Part shown: piece by piece, positions 11,601 through 18,918 of the stretch
Numbering within the stretch: the stretch's first letter is position 1
How the letters are laid out: the number at the start of each line of letters is the position of its first letter
Source of the DNA: Candidatus Latescibacterota bacterium
GTDB taxonomy: Bacteria; Latescibacterota; UBA2968
Direction of reading: 5' to 3'
Assembly (NCBI GenBank): GCA_965116885.1
Contig: OZ220741.1
Location: 5,088,001 to 5,152,000, forward strand
DNA length: 64,000 bases
Notes under the pieces: model-generated
Seen by the model: the letters and a program-made list of their open reading frames with translations, nothing else
The model's database searches: none
What the model was told of the DNA's origin: nothing
Program-made: the position numbers and the translations under genes

Positions 11601-11800
11601 CCGTGACTACGTTCCTCGGCTTCACTCCCCTTATTCTGGAACGCGCCATCCAAGCCCAGTTCCTGATCCCCTTTGCCGCCTCGCTCGGTTGCGGCATTCT
11701 CTTTACTACGGCTATACTCATGATGATCGTTCCCGCACTTTACACCATCCATCTGCGTCTGATTGCTTCGCGGGGCCGTTCCGGCGCCGGTACCGGGTAA
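8606..11800 (+). CDS. RND transporter permease subunit (AcrB/AcrD/AcrF family)
   Basis: 1064 aa; YPGATPEEIEESIV, TM4 GIIVDDAIVVAEHI, TM10 GVVVNDSLVMIDFI, RFRPIMLTSVTT. Confidence 0.93.
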   Translation: MNTDDNFHGERPGPIAYMAGNSVAANLLMWAIIAAGLVSLTGLDREAWPTTPFYHIEVSMAYPGATPEEIEESIVVKIEDQVSGLDDVKAVKSVSAPGIASVRVQMDFDTDMARALNDIESAVNRIQSFPASAERPSFKEMTNRMSMMRLIVYGDVPERALKELAYQIKDELTALPSVSQVEVSGIRKYEISIEVPLHRLRALGLTLTDIANTIRRSSLDLSAGSINTRESQVRVRTLGQNYDQQDFEDIVLLSSSDGTVLRLGDIAEVRDGFQETDLIVRHQNHPAVFVEVFRADGEQVMDVATTVREHLANEVIPSLPDEVGVSMWNDESQVYEERADLLLKNGILGLLLVLIALSLFLEIRLALWVAVGLAVSGIGALAIMMAFDVAINTISLFSFVLAIGIIVDDAIVVAEHIQYERKRGTPGVTAAIRGVRRIKVPLTFAVLTSVVAFVPLLFIPGGVGEVWRALPIIMIAMLLVSLVESLLVLPNHLSHLHGPEWVPANAFDRFFARLQGRVDALLNRFVQGPLDRALQFATDQPAVTMSGAVGMLVLSISLLPAGIVPTTLAADVEGDIATVVLEMPDGATAPRTYEVAQELEAAGHRVIERLSRDRPGDAPPLLTGVTVTVGQGSRLAGGLNPEPTLNPQANIATIEFKLLGAQQREISTGEVVQAWREEVGVLPYVRGITFSGEAFDLGNPVEVVLSHPDPEHLARIANSVVNGLRGVGGVFDIRSDHTPGIPEVQLGLRPEARTLGLTLDDLAGQARAAFFGAEAIRIQRGREEVRVYVRLPSDERKSITDVEGYLLRTPGGAEVPVLSVASLNPGVSPPAIRRKDGQRVVTVTADVDASVISGDEANDILTNSILADLTTLHPDLTYSFGGEQQQQLESLDALYRGFAIALLLIFALLAIPLRSYTKPFIIMAVIPFGFIGVILGHWVLGVALSAVSFMGIFGLSGVVVNDSLVMIDFIDQRIGEGTLARTAIVEGAKGRFRPIMLTSVTTFLGFTPLILERAIQAQFLIPFAASLGCGILFTTAILMMIVPALYTIHLRLIASRGRSGAGTG

Positions 11801-11831
11801 TGCACTTCATGATGCAGGGAGGCAGAAACCG

Positions 11832-13865
11832 ATGGCTAATAATACCGAGGATTTGACGCCCCAATCGCTAAGTCTCACCGAAGAGCTCATCCTGATGCTC
11901 CTCAACGAGGAGACTGGCTACTTTCACCAGGTACCCGGCTGGCATTTGAACTGCGCCGTGGTCGGTGCCGTGCTCGCGGAGCTTTCACTCAGATCGCGCA
12001 TCGACACGGACCTGGAATCCCTGTTCCTCGTGGACGAGTCGGAAACGGGGAGACCTACCCTGGACCCCATTCTGAAAGAAATCGCAGCCGAATCTGTTCA
12101 ACGGAACGCCCAGTACTGGATCGAACGGCTCGCTCCCCGTGCGGAATCGATCATTGATTCAGTTCTGGACCGCCTGGTTGACCTGAAGATCCTGGAATAT
12201 CACGACGGTGAATTCTGGACACTGGCTCCTACCGTCTGGCGTGGGGAACTGTCCAGCAAGTCGGAAGAGGGCACTGCAGGCCAGTTCATAAAAACGCGGA
12301 TCAGCAAGGTCATCTTCACCGACGAGATTCCCGATCCGAGAGATGTCATCATTATCTGCCTCGTCAATACCTGCGATGTCTTTCGTTTCATATTCCAGCT
12401 CGACGACGAGGCGGAGGAGCGCATCGAGTTCATCTGCAAGATGGATCTGATCGGCCGCTCCCTGGCCTCTGCGGTCTCTCAGAACCTCGCTGGCCCAGCC
12501 CTCCGACGTCCTGCCCTTGCCAGAAAAATTCCGACGGTTTCGCTGCCCAAGCTGCTGCTGAACCCGCATAGTCGAGACGGCAACCTGAACGCGCTCTTCG
12601 GAAACCTTGCAGAGGAGTACGGTCCGGTGTTCCAGATCCGCCCTCCCTTCTCGAAGCCCATGATCTTCCTGGCCGGGCTCGAGACAAACCGCTGGGTGCA
12701 CAAGCGCGGGCGCATGTACCTGAGAGCCAGGGACTACTTCAGCGACTTCGAGAAGGTCTACGGCGCGTCCGGCGTCCTGCCCGCCCTGGACGGAGCCGAT
12801 CACTTCCGGCTTCGCCGGTCCCTGTCGCCCGCCTATTCTGCCGTGAGGCTGGGAGGGCAACTGGACCAGCTCTACAATCAGGGGCGCAAGTACATGGCGA
12901 GCTTGACTGTTGGGGACTCATACCGCGCCACGTCCATGTGCCGGGAGATGGTGAACGCCCAGCTCTCCCCACTGTTCATCGGCGTCGATACCCAGGACCT
13001 CATGGACGACCTGATGGCGTACAAGGAACGGGCCCTCAGCGTTCACGTCGCCAAGCTCCTGCCCAGATTCACGCTGAACACCCCGGGCATGAGACGCCGG
13101 GCTAAAGCCCTGGACACACTGATGCAGCGGGTCCAGGACATCCATACCCCTGCCCAACGGGCGGACAGCCCGCGGGACCTGGTGGACGATTACCTCAGCC
13201 TGCACGCGAGCGACCCGCAGTTTCTCCCAGAGTCCAACCTGCTGTTCTCCTTTTCCGCGGCCTTGATTGCCAGCGTGTACCTCGGCGATACGTTCAGCCT
13301 CGTAGTCTATGCCATGGTGTCGCAGCCCGACCTCTACGCCAGAATCCAGGCCGAAGCAGATGCCCTGTTCGCCAAGGGAGACCCCGAGAGAGAGGATTTC
13401 ACCCCCGCCAACATTGACGTTACCCACCGCTTCCTCATGGAGTGCATGCGCATGTACCCGATCGTCTCCATGTCCATTCGGAACGTGATGAATACGTGCG
13501 TGGTCGAGGACTACGAGCTGCCCATGGGGGAACGGATCCACATCGCCATGACCGCCACGCATTACATGAGCGAGGTCTTTCCCGACCCCTACAAGTTCGA
13601 CATCGACCGCTACCTGCCGTCGCGCCATGAGCATCGCAGCCCCGGGTACGCCCCGTACGGGCTGGGCACGCACAAGTGTCTCGGCACCCGGTGGATGGAG
13701 CTGCACCTGGCGGCCAACTTGTTGATGCTGGCGCACTACTTCACGATTGAGGTGTCGCCGGCGAAGTACAAGCACAAGCTCCGTTTCAGTCCGTTCCCGT
13801 CGCTGAAACCGAGCAAGAAGCTGAAGTTCCGCATCTCCCAGCAGAGACGGGAGCTGTTCACCTGA
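11832..13865 (+). CDS. GOLPH3/Vps74 (GPP34)-like domain fused to cytochrome P450
   Basis: RBS GGGAGG before ATG 11832. N-terminal 'LSLTEELILMLLNEETG...AVVGAVLAELSLRSRI...LDRLVDLKIL' resembles GPP34. C-terminal P450 has ExxR (MECMRMYP), 'FPDPYKFDIDRY' and the heme motif PYGLGTHKCLG. Confidence 0.85.
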   Translation: MANNTEDLTPQSLSLTEELILMLLNEETGYFHQVPGWHLNCAVVGAVLAELSLRSRIDTDLESLFLVDESETGRPTLDPILKEIAAESVQRNAQYWIERLAPRAESIIDSVLDRLVDLKILEYHDGEFWTLAPTVWRGELSSKSEEGTAGQFIKTRISKVIFTDEIPDPRDVIIICLVNTCDVFRFIFQLDDEAEERIEFICKMDLIGRSLASAVSQNLAGPALRRPALARKIPTVSLPKLLLNPHSRDGNLNALFGNLAEEYGPVFQIRPPFSKPMIFLAGLETNRWVHKRGRMYLRARDYFSDFEKVYGASGVLPALDGADHFRLRRSLSPAYSAVRLGGQLDQLYNQGRKYMASLTVGDSYRATSMCREMVNAQLSPLFIGVDTQDLMDDLMAYKERALSVHVAKLLPRFTLNTPGMRRRAKALDTLMQRVQDIHTPAQRADSPRDLVDDYLSLHASDPQFLPESNLLFSFSAALIASVYLGDTFSLVVYAMVSQPDLYARIQAEADALFAKGDPEREDFTPANIDVTHRFLMECMRMYPIVSMSIRNVMNTCVVEDYELPMGERIHIAMTATHYMSEVFPDPYKFDIDRYLPSRHEHRSPGYAPYGLGTHKCLGTRWMELHLAANLLMLAHYFTIEVSPAKYKHKLRFSPFPSLKPSKKLKFRISQQRRELFT

Positions 13866-13906
13866 CGACTTGGCTCCTTGTGGAGCCAGGGGGGAAATAC
13901 CACGAA

Positions 13907-14941
13907 ATGCGGCTGTGCAAACTATCGAGAGAGCTGAGAGATGCGTACCGGGAATCGGACGTCGCACGTCGAGTGCAGCACTTCGACGGCTGGCTCGACC
14001 GGGCGGCGCTGGAGCCCGGTGGCGCGGGCGGGTACGATCACACGGAAACAGTGAAAGACTATTACGACCTTTGCAGCGGGTTCATGGTGTGGGGCTGGGG
14101 CCAGTCCCTGCACTTCGCGCCCCTCACGCCTCATGAGAGTCTGGAGGAGTCCAAGATCCGGCATCAGCGGCTGATGATTTCCAAGTTGGAACTGCAACAG
14201 GGTATGACGGTGATCGACGTTGGTTGTGGAGTCGGCGCCCCCATGCGCCGCGTCGTCCGTGAGGCTGGTGTCAGGGTTGTAGGAATCAACATCAATGAGA
14301 TCCAGTTGGAAGAGGCGAAGAGGTTGAACGCCGAGGCGGGGCTTGATCACATGGTCGATTTCGAGACGTGCAGCTTCATAGACATGAGCACCATCGAGGA
14401 CGGCACCTTCGACCGGGGTTATGCCATAGAGTCAACGTGCCATGCACCGGACAAGCAACGCGCCTTCGAGGAGGTATTCCGCGTACTGAAACCCGGTGCC
14501 CTGTTCTGGGGGCAGGAAATGTGTCTGACGGGCAAGTTCGATCCGAAGGACGACCGGCATCGGGCCATCAAGGAGGATCTCATGCGCGGCATTGCGCTGA
14601 AGGACATCGCCACCTTCGGGGAAGTGAATCACGCGCTCGAAGCCGCGGGATTCCAAGTCATGGAAGGGATGGACCGGGCGATCCAGGAAGGACCCTCCAC
14701 ACCTTGGTATCAACCCATGGAGAATCGCCATGGGACGGTCGGAAACGCCTTGCGCAGGCTTCCGTGGGGTCGTAAAGCCGTCATCACAGGATCGAAGCTG
14801 GCTGAAGTACTGCGGCTTTTTCCGAAGGGCTCCGCGGAAGTCATCCGACTCCTGGATCGGACCGCGGAGGCTTATATCGCGGGCGGCAAGGCGGGTATCT
14901 TTACGCCGCTGTACTGTTTCTTGGCTCGCAGGCCTCTTTAG
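13907..14941 (+). CDS. Sterol 24-C-methyltransferase (ERG6/SMT-like); alternative GTG start at 13880
   Basis: SMT region I YYDL...WGWGQSLHFAP, SAM motif VIDVGCGVGAP, YAIESTCHAP, RVLKPGA, C-terminal GIFTPLYCFLARRP. Confidence 0.88.
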   Translation: MRLCKLSRELRDAYRESDVARRVQHFDGWLDRAALEPGGAGGYDHTETVKDYYDLCSGFMVWGWGQSLHFAPLTPHESLEESKIRHQRLMISKLELQQGMTVIDVGCGVGAPMRRVVREAGVRVVGININEIQLEEAKRLNAEAGLDHMVDFETCSFIDMSTIEDGTFDRGYAIESTCHAPDKQRAFEEVFRVLKPGALFWGQEMCLTGKFDPKDDRHRAIKEDLMRGIALKDIATFGEVNHALEAAGFQVMEGMDRAIQEGPSTPWYQPMENRHGTVGNALRRLPWGRKAVITGSKLAEVLRLFPKGSAEVIRLLDRTAEAYIAGGKAGIFTPLYCFLARRPL

Positions 14942-14969
14942 GCCCGCCTGGCGCGCCTTCGCGCGGGCC
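14941..14969. terminator. GC-rich hairpin between the convergent SMT and Rieske genes
   Basis: ggcccgc...gcgggcc inverted repeat in the short intergenic gap. Confidence 0.45.
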
Positions 14970-14973
14970 CCTC

Positions 14974-16062
14974 TTAGTCGGAGACCGAGTCCCCACTTCC
15001 CTTCGAAATCGTCGGATCGGGATAGAACTGCCGGCAATACCGGCGGTACTTCCCTATGGGGCCATCTGCCCGACACAGCCTGGGGACAGACCGATACTGC
15101 TTCCTTTCCCAGATCACCACATCCTGCAGGACATCCCGTTTCTGTTGTGACATCAAAATGCGATTCATCAGCCTGTGGCGCAGCATCATCGGCAGAAACC
15201 CCAGACCTGAGATAAATCGCCGGGGCTTGCGGATTTCCCGCATCTGGCTGACCAGTGCAAGATCGATGAGGGTGCCGTCAATGGGGGTTGCGAGTACCCA
15301 CAATCTCGCATTCATATCAATAGTTTTCTCGTGGATCTCGACGAAGGAATAGCCCAGGCCATAGACGTGGGTGATAGCTGAGGTTTCGTACACGAGGTCC
15401 TTTACACCCAGGATCCTGCGAACGCGTTTGAAGTCGAAGCAACTCTTCAAATAGGCACCATCTACCGTTACCGAACCGATCGGATTCACATTGTCGTAAC
15501 CATGCACGTAGCGCAGGTGTCCCAGATCTACAGAGTTCTCTGTGGTTTCCTGGGGATGGCCGCGGAACCGGAGTATGTTGAATCCCAGTTCACCCCACTC
15601 TTGTCCAGTGGTTGGCTCGGCTGGCAAATCCCACTGCGACGGCCGACCGCCGCTCCCGAACCAGGCGAAGACCATGCCGAGAATCTCTCTGGTCTCATAT
15701 ACCTTCAGTTTCGCGGCTCTGGGTGCCGGGGCATTCGGCGTCGCAACGCATTGTCCGGTCGTATCGAACTCAAACCCGTGGAACGGACAAACGAGCCGAC
15801 CATTGTATATCTTCCCACCGACCTCCGGCCCCAGGTGCGAACCCAGGTGCGGACATACCGCGTCGGCCACGCAGACACGGCCTGCATCGTCGCACCAGAC
15901 AACGATTTCTTCGCCCAGCCACGTCTTCTCGATCAGTTTCTCTCGCAGAACGGATTCGCGGCTTGCGACGAAATACCACCCCTCGGGGAAAGGCGGTAGC
16001 GCATCAGCGACATTCCTGATCCGTCGATTAGTTCGCAAGCCTGCTGATTCCGTCAAAGACAT
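14974..16062 (-). CDS. Rieske [2Fe-2S] sterol oxygenase/desaturase (Neverland/DAF-36/KshA-like)
   Basis: FPEGWYFV, CPHLG...CPFHGFEFD, mononuclear-iron motif ENSVDLGHLRYVH, C-terminal DVVIWERKQY...P.LC..DGPI..YRR...QFY. Confidence 0.85.
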   Translation of the reverse strand: MSLTESAGLRTNRRIRNVADALPPFPEGWYFVASRESVLREKLIEKTWLGEEIVVWCDDAGRVCVADAVCPHLGSHLGPEVGGKIYNGRLVCPFHGFEFDTTGQCVATPNAPAPRAAKLKVYETREILGMVFAWFGSGGRPSQWDLPAEPTTGQEWGELGFNILRFRGHPQETTENSVDLGHLRYVHGYDNVNPIGSVTVDGAYLKSCFDFKRVRRILGVKDLVYETSAITHVYGLGYSFVEIHEKTIDMNARLWVLATPIDGTLIDLALVSQMREIRKPRRFISGLGFLPMMLRHRLMNRILMSQQKRDVLQDVVIWERKQYRSVPRLCRADGPIGKYRRYCRQFYPDPTISKGSGDSVSD

Positions 16063-16124
16063 AAAGATCTCACCCTCAGAAGTTTTTTAAATGAGCTTGC
16101 CAGCCAGCTTGTTGCTCGAAAACC

Positions 16125-16161
16125 TATAAGCTATTTACGGCAGGTGGGCAAGGTGAAAGAT
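16125..16161. repeat. Right copy of 37-bp imperfect direct repeat
   Basis: tataagctatttacggcaggtgggcaaggtgaaagat; abuts the stop codon of the lptD-like gene (16163). Minus strand TTGCCC-17 nt-TATAGG faces the Rieske gene. Confidence 0.8.
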
Positions 16162-16162
16162 T

Positions 16163-18514
16163 TTATATCCCAAATCCCCCGCGTCGGTGTTCAAACTTTA
16201 TTTGCGGGATGTCCTTAATATTGATTTTGAAAAAGAACCCCTTATTAAAACCCGCGGGATACCACGAAAACCGAGCCTCCCAACAGTGGAGGTCGCGGTA
16301 AAGCGATAGGCTTTGCGCCGAGATTTTGGCATCGGGCAGAACATCGATATTGATCGAATAGTCAATTCTTATGAATTGGCGAGGATTGATGCCAACATCT
16401 GCTTTGACCCAGGATGTTTTGCTCGTTGTATTGCCGAACCGCCGCATCGCAATATAGTGAGAAAGATTGAATCGCCACGGCTGGCTGGCACCGCCGAAAT
16501 CGCTGTACAGATCGCGTTCAAAGCCAAAATCTGCGCCATATCCCCCCCTGTATCCACCGCCATATCCAGCATCATACCCAGGATCGTATCCATCGGGGAG
16601 AGCGGACTGGACAACCATATTGCCTCGTCCACCTTGACCACCGGAAAAACGAAAATTGGAGGTAATGGTCAAGTTCTGCATGCGCGGATGAAAAAGCGAT
16701 CGCTGGCCTGTACTGTCATAGAGCGTATGGGTCATCGCAATGCGAACATCCACGCGGCGATCTGGTTTGAGAGACGCGCTGGTGCGAAGCGGACGCCATT
16801 TTTGCCTCGGTGCGTCAAAATTGTATCCCATTGACAGATTGAGAGTCGCCAGAGTAAAGCGACGCACATCGTCGTCGCGCTGAGTTTTGAGTTCAAAAGT
16901 ATTGCCGATATTAAAATTTATGCTGCGTCTGGCATCGTCCCATCTGCGATTGCCTCCAAAACCCATTGTTCCCTGAAAAATACTTCCCGATTGGTTGTAA
17001 TTGAAATTGATTCGAGGCTGAAAGCGATGCCGAATACCGCGCAACCGGCCGATTTGCGGTTGGAAAATGCCGTATAATGTCGTGCCCGAAGTCAGTGTCG
17101 CATTGTAAGACGTGCGGCGGGTTGTCGAATCGGTATCGCTATATATAAACTCTTCGCCAAAATTAAAGCCCGGTGTGAGATTCAGCCACCCCATGGGGCG
17201 GTGTTGGCTGTTGACTGTGACGCGGTTTTGAAGAGAGACGCGCTCCGTATTGGGTGCAGGATCGGGATTGCGCGCAAAGTTATTCGACAAGGTACTCGAA
17301 AAACCGTAATAAAAGGCGCGATACCACGGTCCCGTAACAGATGTGGGTTCATTACCTCCAAATATGCGGCGTCTGTTTTGCCGAAAGCTGAGACGAGGAA
17401 AGCCCTGAAAACTATTATTTTTTGTCCTTAGATCGCGGTAATACGTCAGACTACCGTCAATGCTACGCCCGGATTCTGTCCAGCGTTTGTCAAAAGAAAA
17501 ACTGGACCTCAGTTGCCGATTGAGATAGCGATAGAGATTATTGCTATTGCGTCGATCAAAGTTGGTACTGGTCGAAAACTGCCCGCTCCCCCTGATATTG
17601 GTCGTGGCGTTGAGGCGTTGCTGGTGTTGCAAATTAAAGCGCCAATTGTGAGCCGTAGCATCGCCAGAGGTATCGTGGTCGTATCCGATATCCATTGATC
17701 CACTGAATCGATTGCGTCTGGCATAGGCAAATCGCGATTCGAGCAAAAATCCACCGCGCTCACGCAAAGTACTCTTAACCGTGGCATCCCAGTATTCACT
17801 CGGTGCGAAATAATACCCCACATTGTGGACAAAAATGCCATCGCGGCTGTTGCTACCCACACCCGGCGTTAGCAATCCCGATTGCCGCCCGCGCTTGACT
17901 GGAAAAACGAAAAAAGGAACCCAGAAAACGGGAATCGGGCCAATGCGAAAAGTAACAGACCGTCCAATCGCTTTATCGTCTTGCAAAATACGCACATTTT
18001 TGCACAAAAAATCGTAGTGTACATGGTCGCGATCACAGGTACTCAAAGAGAGATCCAGAGCATTCAGCGCTTTTTGACCATCGAGTGCAATGCGGGCACC
18101 GCGATAGTGTTTGCGCTGATGTGACGCGCGTCCATCTCGCACCCTACCGCGTTCTGTATCCAGGTTATAGACCATGTACTCACCCGATATCTTTTCGCTA
18201 CCGCGGGTAAATTGGGGCGGTCCCACAGTTTTTGCTCCGGTGGAATCGGGCAATGCCCGTGCCGTAACGTGCCGCGTGTTTTGATCGTACGTAATATGAC
18301 CGGCTTTGAGTTGTAAATCGCGATAGCGCAAGGTGGCATTACCGATCAATTCGACGCGTCTGGTCTGTACGTAATAAACAACCTCGGCGGCGTCAAATGT
18401 TATGGAATCGCCAGCAGTTTTTTGCGGCAAAACGGGTTGGCACCATCCCGGCGTAATCGCAAATAGCAGGAACAAAACGAGCCACACGGCTTGTGTTTTA
18501 TTACGAGTCTTCAT
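16163..18514 (-). CDS. lptD: LptD-like outer-membrane assembly protein
   Basis: Signal peptide; OstA-like N-domain (ITFDAAEVVY...LIGNATLRY); STCD; GRQSGLLTP; beta-barrel-like C-terminus with RDLHCWE. ATG 18514 preferred over TTG 18550. Confidence 0.8.
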   Translation of the reverse strand: MKTRNKTQAVWLVLFLLFAITPGWCQPVLPQKTAGDSITFDAAEVVYYVQTRRVELIGNATLRYRDLQLKAGHITYDQNTRHVTARALPDSTGAKTVGPPQFTRGSEKISGEYMVYNLDTERGRVRDGRASHQRKHYRGARIALDGQKALNALDLSLSTCDRDHVHYDFLCKNVRILQDDKAIGRSVTFRIGPIPVFWVPFFVFPVKRGRQSGLLTPGVGSNSRDGIFVHNVGYYFAPSEYWDATVKSTLRERGGFLLESRFAYARRNRFSGSMDIGYDHDTSGDATAHNWRFNLQHQQRLNATTNIRGSGQFSTSTNFDRRNSNNLYRYLNRQLRSSFSFDKRWTESGRSIDGSLTYYRDLRTKNNSFQGFPRLSFRQNRRRIFGGNEPTSVTGPWYRAFYYGFSSTLSNNFARNPDPAPNTERVSLQNRVTVNSQHRPMGWLNLTPGFNFGEEFIYSDTDSTTRRTSYNATLTSGTTLYGIFQPQIGRLRGIRHRFQPRINFNYNQSGSIFQGTMGFGGNRRWDDARRSINFNIGNTFELKTQRDDDVRRFTLATLNLSMGYNFDAPRQKWRPLRTSASLKPDRRVDVRIAMTHTLYDSTGQRSLFHPRMQNLTITSNFRFSGGQGGRGNMVVQSALPDGYDPGYDAGYGGGYRGGYGADFGFERDLYSDFGGASQPWRFNLSHYIAMRRFGNTTSKTSWVKADVGINPRQFIRIDYSINIDVLPDAKISAQSLSLYRDLHCWEARFSWYPAGFNKGFFFKINIKDIPQIKFEHRRGGFGI

Positions 18515-18712
18515 AATTTTAAAGTGTGTTGTGGATTTTGTGGAGTACAAACGTAAATTCGGGATTGGAAAAAGTCAACAGAGGCCCCACAGCGGAATCT
18601 GCTGGAATAATCTTTGCGTCATGCCCTGTACAAACAAGGGAATATCCCAGTTGTTCCGTTTTTATTGATATATTTCAGCGGAATCTGTATCTTTAGTTTT
18701 CGCAACAGATAT

Positions 18713-18799
18713 GCGGACGTGGTGGAATTGGCAGACACGCCAGATTTAGGATCTGGTGGGGTAAAACCCGTGGGGGTTCGAGTCCCCCCGTCCGCACCA
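18713..18799 (+). tRNA. tRNA-Leu (anticodon TAG)
   Basis: GCGGACG acceptor stem, D-loop GGAATTGGCAGAC, anticodon arm CCAGA-TTTAGGA-TCTGG, long variable arm, GGTTCGAGTCC, CCA end. Confidence 0.97.
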
Positions 18800-18849
18800 A
18801 AGAACAATCAGACGGTTCGAGGCTCAACGCCTTGAATCGCTGGCGCGAG

Positions 18850-18880
18850 AACTCCCTTTGGGGAGCTTTTTTATTTTTTT
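18850..18880 (+). terminator. Intrinsic terminator after tRNA-Leu
   Basis: ctccc-tttg-gggag followed by a long T-run. Confidence 0.6.
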
Positions 18881-18918
18881 AACAGATCCGATAAGAACAA
18901 CGTGAAAGCGAGGAATTT

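Larger units (their letters stand above)
8423..16124. mobile_element. Putative horizontally acquired islet (sterol-tailoring cassette); no integrase or transposase
   Basis: Visibly higher GC than the flanks (spot counts: 41/60 at 10081-10140 vs 29/60 at 7681-7740); bounded by the 37-bp direct repeat; interrupts the lptD-like to dtd housekeeping run. Confidence 0.7.

Noticed and set aside
9203..15999. Many long antisense or alternate-frame ORFs in the island (for example 9203-10186 and 12918-13967)
   Set aside because: Expected in GC-rich coding DNA; no motifs, and they overlap well-supported genes.
18713..18799. tRNA-Leu (and tRNA-Val at 58023-58099) as integration sites
   Set aside because: I found no duplicated tRNA 3' ends and no integrase; the island boundary is ~2.5 kb from tRNA-Leu.
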